DNA from: Cyanophyceae cyanobacterium
GTDB taxonomy: Bacteria > Cyanobacteriota > Cyanobacteriia > Cyanobacteriales > Laspinemataceae
Reading direction: 5' to 3'
Length of the DNA stretch: 64,000 nt
Assembly (NCBI GenBank): GCA_038321985.1
Contig: JBBQFN010000004.1
Span: 128,001-192,000, forward strand
Shown one piece after another: positions 42,912 to 54,119 of the stretch. Numbering within the stretch: position 1 is the stretch's first letter; the number at the start of each line of letters is the position of its first letter. The notes beneath the pieces are model-generated. The model made no database searches. It was not told where the DNA came from and saw only the letters and a list, made by a program, of their open reading frames with translations. The translations under genes and the position numbers were made by a program.

Positions 42912-43679
42912 CTAGGTGGGTTCAGGTTCAGTCCCTGGTCGATATCCATGTTCAAAGGCAAAGCGCACGAGTTGGGAGCGATTTTCTAATCCCAATTTAC
43001 TGAGTATCCGACTCAGATGGGTCTGAACCGTCCGGGGACTAATCACCAAACTACCGGCAATTTGTTTATTAGTATGGCCTTGAATCACTTCCCAAAAGAC
43101 TCGTGCTTCAGCGGGAGTCAGGGGTAGCGGTTCGGGCGGCAGCGGTGTCAAGTCGCCGGATTCAACTCCCGGGCGATCTCGACTTTCAGCCGGAGTGTTA
43201 ATAGATTTCACGGACTCTATCTCGTCCCTGGGGTTCAGGGATGTCTGATGGGTAAACTGCTGCATTAACCGGATTATTTCGGAATGAATGCGTCGCGATC
43301 GCTCTAATTGAGCCTCGATTTTCGCGACCAATTCTAAGGGTTCAAACGGTTTAATCAAATAATCATCGGCACCGATCGCATGACCTTCTATTCGATCATC
43401 CAGTTCTCCCTTACTCGATAAGAAGATAAACGGAACCAACTTCCCCGCAGGATTCGTACGAAGACGCCGACAAAATTCAAATCCGTCCATCTGAGGCATG
43501 ATCACGTCTGAGACCACTAAATCGGGTGGATCCCGTTGAAATAGGTTTAACGCGTCCACTCCTGAATCTGCTTCTTCAACTACAAATCCCTGCTTTTCGA
43601 GATGATGTTTCACCATCATTCGCAGGATTTTATCATCATCTACAACTAAAATTCTTTTCATTTGAGTGAGCCGCCGCAC
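42912..43679 (-). CDS. NarL/LuxR-type response regulator
   Basis: REC domain (VDDD, SDVIMP, KPF); HTH LTPAE...TNKQIA..L.ISPRTVQTH. Confidence 0.93.
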   Translation of the reverse strand: MRRLTQMKRILVVDDDKILRMMVKHHLEKQGFVVEEADSGVDALNLFQRDPPDLVVSDVIMPQMDGFEFCRRLRTNPAGKLVPFIFLSSKGELDDRIEGHAIGADDYLIKPFEPLELVAKIEAQLERSRRIHSEIIRLMQQFTHQTSLNPRDEIESVKSINTPAESRDRPGVESGDLTPLPPEPLPLTPAEARVFWEVIQGHTNKQIAGSLVISPRTVQTHLSRILSKLGLENRSQLVRFAFEHGYRPGTEPEPT

Positions 43680-44113
43680 CTAAGTTGGTGCTGGGTATCT
43701 CGGATAGGTTAACAGGTTTTGCTAAAATTATTCTAATCTTTCTGATGTTAGGGACTCCCGTCGGCATCCCCTCCGGGGCATGAAGTGGCTGGCGTCTCTC
43801 CCCCACAACAGATCACGGGGGTTAACCCCACAGCTTTTAGGGTTCTGATCTGCACTCAACCGGGACTACCGTTCCCTATGTAGGGATACCCTCGACAAGA
43901 TGGCTCAGGTCATACGGTGTTTCTGAAAGGCCATCCTTAATTTTAGGATGCTCTTGTCCCAAATTATTTACAAGTTGGTCGTGGAGTTCCCACAAAGCGC
44001 AGATCCAGGCCTAAAAGTTGGCAATTTTAACCCCGAATATCTTTCTATTCAACTTTTTTCATCTTGCTGATAGGGAATTCCACTTGATAGGCGATCACCT
44101 GGAAAAATTCCAC

Positions 44114-45856
44114 CTACAAAATTACGGTAGGCGGATTAGGAACTAACCCAGGAATTGTTCCACCAATCATCGCGGATTGATGGTCAAACATGGTTCCTCC
44201 ATATTGCATAAAAACCTGAATCAATTCCATTTCAGCACGGCGGGGCAGCATGGTTTTCCAGGCTTTTAATGCTTCTAAAATAGTAGCGGCATTAAAGGCA
44301 TTACCGGCCCGATGGGCGGCTACTTCTCGATTTTCTCCTCGCCAATTTTTGGGGATGTAGCCTAGAGGAATTAACACCGATTTTTCAACTTGTTCGAGTA
44401 ACGATTCCATTCGTTTAAACCGGAGGCTATCGGAGTGGTTGGGGTTATTTTCCAGCCACTGTTTGACAGTGGGATTGCTGAAGACTTCTTTTTTAAGACG
44501 TTGGATAGCGGCAAAAAGGGATTGACTGGAATCTTTGACACAAGAGGTTGCTGGCGTCAACACGGAAGCACCGTTACCGGGTCCGGTGCGGTATCGGGTT
44601 TCCATAAAGGCGAGTTCCTGGATGATGGTTTGCAGGGGGTCGAATGTGCGATCGCCAAATTGGTAGGGGACGGTTAGTTCGGGGATGCGGATGACCACAT
44701 CGGATACCGGCAGGGTGTACATCCACCCCCGCTTCAAACTTCCCATATACGAATGCCAGCGATGAGCACCGGCAATCATCCCTTCGCGGTTATGCCCATA
44801 TACTTGTCGGTACACTAAGTCGAAGCGTAAATCCCCGGTAAATTCATCGGCGATCACTTTGGCAAAACCAAAGGCAAAATGTCCCGGAACTAGACCGAAG
44901 ACATCGCGATCGCCCCGTTCCCCCCCGCGCCATCCAAAGGTATGCACCACCAACGCCACATCTCCTGTAAGCCACAATTCGCGCCTGCGTTTTTGCATCA
45001 GGTCCGGCGATCGCTGGTTGCCATAGAGGATACCCCCATTATTATCGACGAGGGTGCGTTCAATCCGATGCAGGGGGATTTGCTGCCATTTGGTTTCGAT
45101 AAAATGCTGGCGTGTTTCCTCCCGTCCACTTAACATCCGCGTAGGGGTAAGGGAGAGGGCGGCGGCAGGTTCGATCGCCCCTACGATAAACAATCCATCC
45201 GGAGTGCGATCGCCATAAATATACCATCCCCCCGCGTTGAGAGGAGAGGTTTCAATTTCAATGACCGAACTTTGTTCTACCCTATGTCCCGGGGGAACGA
45301 CTCCCGCATCGGGAGTGGCGATCGTTTCTTCTGCCTCATCAAAATTACCCGTGGTCGGATTATAATGTCTGACCCGGTAGCGTTGGTCTCCTGCGGGTGC
45401 AACAAAGCGCACCAAGGCTTTTTGGACGCCGACAATTTGGACGGGTTCATCGCCAATACTCAAAACCTCGGTATTTCCTCCGGATTCGACCTCTAGCACA
45501 TCCAATTCGATCTGGACGTCATCCTCGGGCCTCGCACCGGCAAGAGACTCTAACGGACTCACATTTGACCATCCATCTAAGCGGGTGGGGTGAATGGCGA
45601 AATTCTCCATACTTTGATGAGTAATCTCATCAAAATGAATATCGGTAACCGCCCGCTGTATCCAGGACTGGTGGATAGATTGAGGATGCCACTTCACCCA
45701 GACTTGTTGACCCTTGAGGTGACTGTAAGCATTAGGGGTGTTTTCTAGTTTGACATAAATTCCCCCATCACTCTGGCGTTGAGAGGGGGAGGGCAAAATT
45801 GCAGTGCCACTCCAAGGGGCGACTGGGCGGTATAAATTATCCTTAATTGAATTCAT
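44114..45856 (-). CDS. Uncharacterised soluble protein resembling the large non-membrane part of cyanobacterial CAAX/Abi (CPBP)-associated proteins
   Basis: 580-aa ORF; YRP...W.G..ILP, SPLESLAGARP.DD, GHFAFG and TPATSCV.DS motifs recalled from that family; no TM block. Confidence 0.6.
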   Translation of the reverse strand: MNSIKDNLYRPVAPWSGTAILPSPSQRQSDGGIYVKLENTPNAYSHLKGQQVWVKWHPQSIHQSWIQRAVTDIHFDEITHQSMENFAIHPTRLDGWSNVSPLESLAGARPEDDVQIELDVLEVESGGNTEVLSIGDEPVQIVGVQKALVRFVAPAGDQRYRVRHYNPTTGNFDEAEETIATPDAGVVPPGHRVEQSSVIEIETSPLNAGGWYIYGDRTPDGLFIVGAIEPAAALSLTPTRMLSGREETRQHFIETKWQQIPLHRIERTLVDNNGGILYGNQRSPDLMQKRRRELWLTGDVALVVHTFGWRGGERGDRDVFGLVPGHFAFGFAKVIADEFTGDLRFDLVYRQVYGHNREGMIAGAHRWHSYMGSLKRGWMYTLPVSDVVIRIPELTVPYQFGDRTFDPLQTIIQELAFMETRYRTGPGNGASVLTPATSCVKDSSQSLFAAIQRLKKEVFSNPTVKQWLENNPNHSDSLRFKRMESLLEQVEKSVLIPLGYIPKNWRGENREVAAHRAGNAFNAATILEALKAWKTMLPRRAEMELIQVFMQYGGTMFDHQSAMIGGTIPGLVPNPPTVIL

Positions 45857-46601
45857 GGGTAGGGGGGGTAATAGTCATGGACTTAGGGTGTAAAATGTAT
45901 TCTGATGTACCAGAAGCCTTGGGGACCCTTATCGATATCTAATATCTAGTTGGATACTTTCCTCAACTTTCTTTATTTTACTGTAAAAGAGATAATTAAC
46001 TTCTAAAATTTTAAGAATTATCATCGCTTTAGGTGGTAATTTTAAACTCAAGAGGATAAGGGCATTTTTGATAGGGTAAACGAATAGTTCTGGCGGTTTT
46101 AAGGTCATAATATCCTGATTTAACTAGGAAATTTATCAGTCATAAAGTGATTCTCCCAGAGGAATACAGGTTAACAATATTATAATTTATTCTTCAGAAC
46201 TACTGCCGACTTAACGGTTATAGAATTGGAGAAATGAGCCCTTAATTAATAGTTGTCTTAAAAAATCAAACAATTTATATCAAATTAAAGTTGAGCGCTG
46301 CTGTTTTCACCAAAACTACAGGAAAATAGAAAGTCCAAATTAAAAAAAATTAACAAATTATCAGGGGTTGAAACATTACCCCTGCCGAATTAAATCATAT
46401 CCCATCGTTGCAACAGGTTTTCTTAATCTCCAAAATAATCGAAAGGGAGCATAACTTGCGCCCCCAATCATTCACTAATTTATTATCGGTAATATCCTCA
46501 AAAACGTCTCCTTGAGTTGACCCTATCCTGATTTAAGAAAACAGATTGGTTCCCGCGTTAGTCCGGTAATGATGGGGGTAGGAATGGTGAATGGGGACGG
46601 A

Positions 46602-46823
46602 TCATGCGACTTCTTGCTGCCCGATCGCCCGGTCAATGAAACGCTTTCCGGCTGCGATCGCCACTTCCGGGGTAGGGTAAGGCTTGGTATCGCTGAGGAC
46701 CTGGGTTTCTGAGGCAATGCATAAGGGACGGTAGCCATCCGTACCGGGAAAGACCAAAATCGTCCAATTTCGATAATTAATCTGGTGGGGTTTCGCCGTT
46801 TGCAAATCCCGGTTTGGGTTCAT
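46602..46823 (-). CDS. Small hypothetical protein
   Basis: 73 aa; AGGA upstream; Y..W.I...GY...C...Y.T...A..AGK.FID pattern. Confidence 0.55.
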   Translation of the reverse strand: MNPNRDLQTAKPHQINYRNWTILVFPGTDGYRPLCIASETQVLSDTKPYPTPEVAIAAGKRFIDRAIGQQEVA

Positions 46824-47030
46824 GGTTGTCTTTCCTGTTTAATAAACCGTCTTAACATACAAGAGATTCTTCCTAGATTCCGTCACGGATAAAACAAGAA
46901 GACGGAGGGACCCAGGGGTAAAGGGTTTTACCTCAGATGAATTTTCCCTCGGATTCGGGGGGAGTTGGAATTCGACAGAGGTTTATATCGGAGCGTATAG
47001 TTGTTATATACTGTCTCTTTGGGATACTGT

Positions 47031-47483
47031 ATGCCCAGACGCCTCACCCTTCAACCTCATCTGAGCGTAGCAGAACTCGAAAGCCGCTATCGCAAGTCAA
47101 AAGACCCGGTAGAACGCACCCATTATCAAATTGTCTGGTTGTTAGCGAAAGGAACTTCCACGGAACAAGTGGCCGACGTCACCGGGTACTGTCGGGACTG
47201 GATCCGGCAGGTTGCTCGTCGTTATAATAAGGAAGGCAGCGCCGGACTTGGCGATCGCCGTCATGAAAATCCCGGTGCCGAACCGTTGCTGTCTCCCCAA
47301 CAGCAAACCGAATTATGGGAAGCACTCCAAGGCCCTCCTCCCGATGGCGGATTGTGGAATAGTCGCCAAGTTGCAGATTGGATATCCGAACGGATTGCCC
47401 GTCCGGTGGCAATGCAACGGGGATGGGACTACCTCCAACAGATGGGAGCAAGACTGGTTCAGGAGGCTACTCCGTGGGACTAG
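47031..47483 (+). mobile_element. IS630-family transposase N-terminal (HTH) part with no DDE domain
   Basis: ERTHYQIVWLL, VA..TGY...WI, RYN..G..GL.DRR.N.G, PPDGGLW and RGW.YL motifs; ends before the catalytic domain. Confidence 0.75.
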
Positions 47484-47651
47484 AGGGCCTCAGGGACTCA
47501 AATATCCAATCCAACTCCACAGCAGCCCAATTCCAAGTAAAATTTTTGCTGAGTCAGGGGTCAGGAGATCGGGGTGCTGAATCAAATTCTGTGCCACCCT
47601 CTCCAGATCCCACCCTGCCACTCTTCCTCGGTGATAACCGTGAGCACATTC

Positions 47652-50489
47652 ATGTCTGTAACTTCTTCTGGGCAAAATCCACCGGTCCTTTGGCATACGT
47701 TAGATGTCGATACAACCCTCGAAAAACTCCAGGTTGATCAGACTAAGGGTTTAAGCAATTCCGAGGCATCGGAACGGTTGCAAAAGTATGGCCCTAATGA
47801 ACTGCAAGAAACTGCGGGTCGTAGTCCCTGGATTATCTTATTGGATCAGTTCAAGAACATCATGTTATTGATGCTGATCGGAGTTGCCTTGATTTCGGGT
47901 TTTTTGGCCCTTCAAAACCAGGAATTTCCTAAAGATGCGGTAGCAATTATGCTAATCGTGATTCTGAATGGGGTACTCGGCTATTTCCAGGAAAGCAGAG
48001 CGGAAAAAGCCCTAGCTGCCTTGAAAAGTATGGCATCTCCTCTGGTGCGGGTTCTTAGGGAGGGGAAAGTAGTCGAGGTTGAGGCGGCAAAGGTGGTCCC
48101 CGGGGATGTCATGTTCCTGGAAGCAGGGGTACAGGTGGCTGCGGATGGCAGACTGATAGAAGAGTCTAACCTGCAAGTCCGAGAGTCCGCGTTGACGGGG
48201 GAAGCACACCCGTCGGAAAAGGATGCGCCGATTCATTTACCGGAGAATACATCCCTGGGCGATCGCGTTAATCTGGTCTTTTGTGGTACGGAAGTAGTCA
48301 AGGGACGGGCTAAGGCAGTCGTGGTTGGGACCGGCATGAACACCGAATTGGGCAAAATTGCCGAAATGATTCAGGGTGTGGAAACTGAAGATACCCCCCT
48401 GCAACAACGGATGACCCAACTCGGGAATGTTTTGGTCACCGGGTCCCTAATTCTAGTGGCGATCGTGGTGATTGGCGGTACCCTGGTTCAGGGAATGTCA
48501 GCATTTAATCATCTATTAGAAATTTCTCTGAGTATGGCGGTGGCGATCGTCCCGGAGGGTTTACCGGCAGTGATTACGGTGACTTTGGCCCTCGGGACGC
48601 AACGGATGGTCAAGCGTCATGCCTTAATTCGTAAACTTCCTGCTGTGGAAACCCTCGGCAGTGTCACCACAATTTGTTCGGATAAAACGGGCACTTTAAC
48701 TCAAAATAAAATGGTGGTGCAGGGGGTGGAAACCCCTAGTCACAGCTTTACCGTGACTGGGGAAGGTTATCAACCCACCGGAGAGTTTATAGGTGAAAAT
48801 CAGACAAAAGTAGGGGTGGGTAACCTTGGGGACTATCCCGAACTGGAAACCCTGCTGCTGAGTTGTGTGCAGTGTAATGATGCGCTGTTGCAGTACGAGA
48901 AAGAGGATTGGGCAATTATGGGGGACCCGACAGAAGGGGCATTGCTGGCCTTGGCGGGTAAACTAGAATTCACCGGCGATCGCCTCAATGGGCAACTGCC
49001 ACGCATTAGTGAGTTCCCCTTTTCATCAGAACGCAAGCGCATGAGTGTCATCTCTCAAGTCTCTGGTCCCGAGTCTGAGGTGATTCGCAGCGAGTCAACG
49101 CCGTTCGTGATGTTTACCAAGGGGTCACCGGAATTAACCTTAGAACGTTGTACCCGAATTCTGATCGGCAAACAAATTCAGCCCTTTTCTGCGGCGCAAC
49201 GGCAGCAGGTTTTAGAGCAAAATAATAATTTAGCAGCCCGAGGGTTGCGCGTCCTGGGATTTGCCTACAAACCTTTAACTGAACAACCGCCAGAGGGTTC
49301 GGAAGACCAAACGGAACGGGATTTAGTCTGGTTGGGAATGGTGGGAATGTTAGATGCACCTAGACCCGAAGTGCGGGAGGCGGTGATCAAGTGTCGCCGG
49401 GCGGGAATTCGACCCATTATGATTACAGGAGATCATCAACTCACCGCAACGGCGATCGCCCAGGATTTGGGAATTGCCCAAGTTGGCGATCGCGTTCTCA
49501 TGGGTCAACAGTTGGAAGAAATGCCCCAGGAGGAGTTGGAACGGGAGGTGGATCACGTCAGTGTGTATGCGCGGGTTTCTCCTGAACACAAACTTAGAAT
49601 CGTCCAAGCGTTGCAAAAAAGGGGTAAATTTGTAGCCATGACTGGGGACGGGGTGAATGATGCACCCGCCCTCAAACAAGCGGATATCGGGATTGCGATG
49701 GGGATTACGGGTACCGATGTGAGTAAAGAAGCCAGTGATATGGTACTTCTGGATGATAATTTTGCAACCATTATCGCCGCTACGGAAGAAGGCCGGGTGG
49801 TTTATACTAATATTCGCCGGTTTATTAAATACATTCTCGGTTCCAATATTGGAGAACTTCTCACGATCGCAGCAGCCCCGCTTTTGGGATTGCCCGGTGT
49901 TCCCCTAACTCCGTTACAAATTCTCTGGATGAATCTGGTCACCGATGGGTTTCCAGCCTTAGCCTTGGCACTAGAACCGCCGGAACCGGATGTGATGAAT
50001 CGTCCCCCCTTTAGTCCTCGGGAGAACATTTTTGCTCGGGGATTGGGGTTGTACATGGTCCGGATTGGAATTGTGTTTGCGATTATTTCGATCGCCTTAA
50101 TGATGTGGGCCTATTCCTACACTAACACCGTTGTATCCCCGGGGCTCTCTCCGGACCGCTGGAAAACAATGGTTTTTACAACCTTGTGTATTGCTCAAAT
50201 GGGCCATGCGATCGCAGTTCGGTCGAATACTCAGCTTACGATTCAGCTAAATCCCTTTTCTAACCCGTTTGTATTCGGGGCGGTGATTATAACGACTATT
50301 CTCCAGCTTATGTTGATTTATGTTGAACCGTTGCGGGCGTTTTTTGGAACCCATTGGTTGACGCCCACTGAGTTGGCTATTTGTTTAGGATTTAGTTCGT
50401 TATTATTTATTTGGGTGGAAATGGAAAAGGTATTTGTTGGGTTGTTTTATGCTCGAAAAAATCGGGAAAACTTGGAGGGGAAAAGATAG
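47652..50489 (+). CDS. Cation-translocating P-type ATPase (type IIA, PacL/Pma1-like)
   Basis: [39 protein letters not shown] and LWMNLVTD motifs. Confidence 0.95.
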   Translation: MSVTSSGQNPPVLWHTLDVDTTLEKLQVDQTKGLSNSEASERLQKYGPNELQETAGRSPWIILLDQFKNIMLLMLIGVALISGFLALQNQEFPKDAVAIMLIVILNGVLGYFQESRAEKALAALKSMASPLVRVLREGKVVEVEAAKVVPGDVMFLEAGVQVAADGRLIEESNLQVRESALTGEAHPSEKDAPIHLPENTSLGDRVNLVFCGTEVVKGRAKAVVVGTGMNTELGKIAEMIQGVETEDTPLQQRMTQLGNVLVTGSLILVAIVVIGGTLVQGMSAFNHLLEISLSMAVAIVPEGLPAVITVTLALGTQRMVKRHALIRKLPAVETLGSVTTICSDKTGTLTQNKMVVQGVETPSHSFTVTGEGYQPTGEFIGENQTKVGVGNLGDYPELETLLLSCVQCNDALLQYEKEDWAIMGDPTEGALLALAGKLEFTGDRLNGQLPRISEFPFSSERKRMSVISQVSGPESEVIRSESTPFVMFTKGSPELTLERCTRILIGKQIQPFSAAQRQQVLEQNNNLAARGLRVLGFAYKPLTEQPPEGSEDQTERDLVWLGMVGMLDAPRPEVREAVIKCRRAGIRPIMITGDHQLTATAIAQDLGIAQVGDRVLMGQQLEEMPQEELEREVDHVSVYARVSPEHKLRIVQALQKRGKFVAMTGDGVNDAPALKQADIGIAMGITGTDVSKEASDMVLLDDNFATIIAATEEGRVVYTNIRRFIKYILGSNIGELLTIAAAPLLGLPGVPLTPLQILWMNLVTDGFPALALALEPPEPDVMNRPPFSPRENIFARGLGLYMVRIGIVFAIISIALMMWAYSYTNTVVSPGLSPDRWKTMVFTTLCIAQMGHAIAVRSNTQLTIQLNPFSNPFVFGAVIITTILQLMLIYVEPLRAFFGTHWLTPTELAICLGFSSLLFIWVEMEKVFVGLFYARKNRENLEGKR

Positions 50490-50731
50490 AATTTTAGAGG
50501 TAAAGTTGGTAAACTGGGGGGATATTTTGGGGTAGAGTAATAAGAAAGGGAGGGGGTGAATTTTGGCCTGTCCTGGGACAATCTCAGGGGTTAAGATGCC
50601 CGGCGTTTGTCGTCCCCGGTGCAAGATGAATCATACAAGCCCCGATAGGAGAGCAAGTGGGGACGACAACCAGGGATTTTTATTGAAATTAATGGCTGTA
50701 TTTTATTAAGTTTAATTATTGTAAATTAATT

Positions 50732-51886
50732 ATGTTTATCAAAGAACTGCATTTAAGACAGTTTAGAAATTATGTAGAGCAGAAAGTCGAGTTAAATGCC
50801 CCAAAAACAATTTTAGTGGGGGATAATGCTCAAGGCAAAACTAATGTATTGGAGGCGTTGGGGTTACTTTCGACCCTGAAGAGTTCGCGGGTTTCTCGCG
50901 ATCGCGATTTAATTCGGGAGGGAGAACCTCTCGGACAAGTTACTGGCATTGTGTCTCGGGAATATCGGTCAGTTAAGTTAGGAGTTGTGTTACGTCGGAC
51001 GGGAAGGCGAACCGTGGCGATCGATGAAGAATCCTGCCGTCGCAATATGGATTTTTTGGGTCTGTTAAATGTGGTGCAATTTTCTAGTCTGGACTTAGAA
51101 TTAGTGCGCTCAGGACCCGAAATTCGGCGCAATTGGTTAGATGGGTTGTTGGTCCAACTTGAACCAATTTATGCTCATATTTTACAGCAGTATAATAAAA
51201 TATTGAAGCAGCGAAATGCCTTATTAAAAGAGATTAGAAGCACAGAGGCAAGAGGAGAAAAAATACAATTAGGTTCAGAATATCAGGCCCAATTGGGATT
51301 ATGGGATGCCCAACTGGCAACCCTCGGAGTGCGAGTGATGCAACGGCGATCGCGAGCCTTAGAACGATTGGTTCCCATTGCAGAAACCTGGCACGCTGCA
51401 ATTAGTGGTCGAGTGGAATCTTTGTGCATACATTATACTCCAAATGTCGCAGGAATGCAAGAGCCGGAGTTACGAGATAATTCGCCCAAGGCAACCCAAG
51501 CATTTTTAGAAAAACTTCAATCCCGTGCAGTCGCTGAATCGTTCCAAGGAACCACTCTCGTAGGTCCTCACCGGGATGATATCGAATTCACCCTCAATCA
51601 ACTCCCGGTGAAACAATTTGCATCTCAAGGACAACAACGGACCCTGGTTTTAGCCTTAAAATTAGCAGAACTTAAACTGATTGAGGAGATAGTTGGAGAA
51701 CCTCCAGTTTTACTGTTAGATGATGTTCTGGCGGAGTTAGATCCTAAGCGTCAAAATCAACTTCTCGAAGCGATTCAAGAACGGTTTCAAACCGTGATTG
51801 CCACCACTCATCTCGGCGGATTTGAAAACGCCTGGGTAAATTCGGCCCAAATTCTGACGGTGAAAGCCGGGAAAATTTTTCCCTAA
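50732..51886 (+). CDS. recF: DNA replication/repair protein RecF
   Basis: FRNY; GDNAQGKT; GPHRDD; SQGQQR; LLLDDVLAELD. Confidence 0.97.
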   Translation: MFIKELHLRQFRNYVEQKVELNAPKTILVGDNAQGKTNVLEALGLLSTLKSSRVSRDRDLIREGEPLGQVTGIVSREYRSVKLGVVLRRTGRRTVAIDEESCRRNMDFLGLLNVVQFSSLDLELVRSGPEIRRNWLDGLLVQLEPIYAHILQQYNKILKQRNALLKEIRSTEARGEKIQLGSEYQAQLGLWDAQLATLGVRVMQRRSRALERLVPIAETWHAAISGRVESLCIHYTPNVAGMQEPELRDNSPKATQAFLEKLQSRAVAESFQGTTLVGPHRDDIEFTLNQLPVKQFASQGQQRTLVLALKLAELKLIEEIVGEPPVLLLDDVLAELDPKRQNQLLEAIQERFQTVIATTHLGGFENAWVNSAQILTVKAGKIFP

Positions 51887-51966
51887 ACCGGGAAATTTTA
51901 ACCAGTTTGGAGAGAAGGGGTTAGGGGATATGGGTATCCTCTTCCCCTTGAGGACATTCTTAGGCT

Positions 51967-52965
51967 ATGCTCTATAAACATAAACGGGTGATATTGATAG
52001 CGCTGTGGAAGGGGAAGGAATTCGTGTTAGCTAAACGCAAAAAATCAAAACCAAGAACAGCTCAAATCGGTCAGAAATTCCCCGATTTGGCGAAGTTTTC
52101 CTATTTAAGCGAGTTGTCAACCGCTAGACATCCGTTTGATGTGATTTATGAACAGTTTAGTAAACCTCAAATTCAGCTACTCTTTAACAAAGACGAACCT
52201 TCGATTTATTTACGCCATACCGAGGGACAAATCGTCAAAGGAAACTATCAAATTGAAAAGGTTTTTGAAGATTATCTCACTGGATTTTATGCAGAAGGGA
52301 GGATTCCTTTATCGGGAAATGCTCCCCCAGTGTTAGTGATTCGGGGATATGGTTCGTGGTATCCTTTTGATGGGGTACTTCAAGATACCCCCGATGTTTT
52401 TATTGCAAACCTAGACTGGCAATTCAAAGCAGCGGAAACCAAAGGGGCGGTGGATTGGATTAAGGAAAAATGTCACCAGGGCGATCGCCCTGACGTGATT
52501 GGCGAAAGTCTCGGAGGCAAAATCGCCCAACAACTGGCTGTTAAATACTCCGACTGCATTGGTTCCGTCGTCACCTTCAATCCGTTAGGAATTGCGGTGG
52601 ATTTAGCCGAATCTAGTCCCGCAAAAGCGGTTTTTCATTACTTTACCTTAGGAGAATGTTATGCCTTTTGGGCGAATCAAGGAGGATTTATTCCTGGGAC
52701 TGTTTTCCAAATTTCTAAACGGGGAAGTCGTTGTTGGACTTACAGACTTGCTGAGTGGTTGATTCAGCGGACTCCTTCTCCCCTTGGCAGATTTAAAAGT
52801 CGCAATGTATGGTTGCGCTTTATCGAGATTTTTGAGCGTCTTATGGTCCAACTTATTCTCCTGCATCGACATAATAGCTTAATTCTTCACCATCCCCGGC
52901 CCATCGTTCAGATTGTTGAATTAAAAAAGTTGCTCCCTCACGTTAATTCTCCCTTTTTCACCTGA
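51967..52965 (+). CDS. Alpha/beta-hydrolase (lipase class 3-like)
   Basis: LVIRG; GESLGG nucleophile elbow; TFNP.G. Confidence 0.7.
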   Translation: MLYKHKRVILIALWKGKEFVLAKRKKSKPRTAQIGQKFPDLAKFSYLSELSTARHPFDVIYEQFSKPQIQLLFNKDEPSIYLRHTEGQIVKGNYQIEKVFEDYLTGFYAEGRIPLSGNAPPVLVIRGYGSWYPFDGVLQDTPDVFIANLDWQFKAAETKGAVDWIKEKCHQGDRPDVIGESLGGKIAQQLAVKYSDCIGSVVTFNPLGIAVDLAESSPAKAVFHYFTLGECYAFWANQGGFIPGTVFQISKRGSRCWTYRLAEWLIQRTPSPLGRFKSRNVWLRFIEIFERLMVQLILLHRHNSLILHHPRPIVQIVELKKLLPHVNSPFFT

Positions 52966-52994
52966 TTTTTGTGATTTTAGTTAAAATCCTTCTT

Positions 52995-53993
52995 ATGTCT
53001 ATCATTTTTGCCGAAAATCTTACTAAAGTTTACCCCGTTGCGATCAAAGAACCGGGCCTTAAAGGAACTTTAAACCACTTTTTCCGCCGGACTTATCGCA
53101 ATATTGAAGCGGTCAAAGATGTTTCTTTTGAAATTCAACCGGGTGAAGTAGTGGGATTTTTAGGACCCAATGGGGCGGGAAAAACCACGACGTTAAAAAT
53201 GCTAACGGGGTTAATTCACCCCTCTGGGGGGCGGGTGCAAGTCGCGGGTCATGTCCCCTTTCAACGCAAAGAAGCCTTTCTACAAAAAATCACCCTGGTG
53301 ATGGGACAAAAGCAGCAGTTAATCTGGGATTTACCCGCCTTAGATTCGTTGCGCATTAATGGGGCGGTGTATGGCATTCCTGAACAAGAATGTCGGCAGC
53401 GCATTGGTCAATTAACGGAAATGCTTTCCCTCCAAGGAAAGCTCAATCAACCCGTGCGCAAGCTATCCCTTGGGGAACGAATGAAAGCGGAATTGATGGC
53501 CGCATTATTGCACAATCCCGATGTTTTATTTCTGGATGAACCCACCCTCGGATTAGATGTAAATGCCCAAGCCTCTGTACGGGATTTTTTACGGGAGTAC
53601 AATCAACGCACGGGGGCAACTATTCTGTTAACCAGTCATTATATGGCGGATATTACAGCCTTGTGTAGTCGCGTAATTTTAATTTATGCGGGTCAACTGA
53701 TTTATGATGGAAGTTTGGATGGGTTAGCCGAGCGTTTTGCTCCTTATCGCGAGGTTCAGTTAGAGTTAACTCATGCAGTTTCTGACCCCGAAAAATTGCG
53801 CCAACAAATCTCGAAGTATGGAGAAGTAGAAGAAATTGCGGGTCAGTCGGTCCGATTACTGGTGCGTCGGGATAGTTTGACGGCAACGGTTAGTCAAATT
53901 TTAATGGATTTTGAAATAGTAGATTTAACGGTCACCGAACCCCCGATTGAAGAAGTAATTGGACGAGTCTTTCGTGCCGGGTCGATCGCCTGA
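52995..53993 (+). CDS. ABC transporter ATP-binding protein
   Basis: GPNGAGKT; LSLGERMK; LFLDEPT; TSH. Confidence 0.95.
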   Translation: MSIIFAENLTKVYPVAIKEPGLKGTLNHFFRRTYRNIEAVKDVSFEIQPGEVVGFLGPNGAGKTTTLKMLTGLIHPSGGRVQVAGHVPFQRKEAFLQKITLVMGQKQQLIWDLPALDSLRINGAVYGIPEQECRQRIGQLTEMLSLQGKLNQPVRKLSLGERMKAELMAALLHNPDVLFLDEPTLGLDVNAQASVRDFLREYNQRTGATILLTSHYMADITALCSRVILIYAGQLIYDGSLDGLAERFAPYREVQLELTHAVSDPEKLRQQISKYGEVEEIAGQSVRLLVRRDSLTATVSQILMDFEIVDLTVTEPPIEEVIGRVFRAGSIA

Positions 53994-54119
53994 AAAGAAG
54001 GGGTCTAAAAGGAAGCTCTCTCCCTCGAAAAAAGGGTTCTATAAAGCCCTATTTTGGATAATTGCTCTTACAAATGACCCCATTTTTTACAATTTTTTAC
54101 AAGTTATTCCCTAAAACTC

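Noticed and set aside
50607..50669. 11-bp inverted repeat TTGTCGTCCCC / GGGGACGACAA before recF as a mobile element
   Set aside because: Single copy in the window with no target duplication; could be an ordinary mRNA hairpin.
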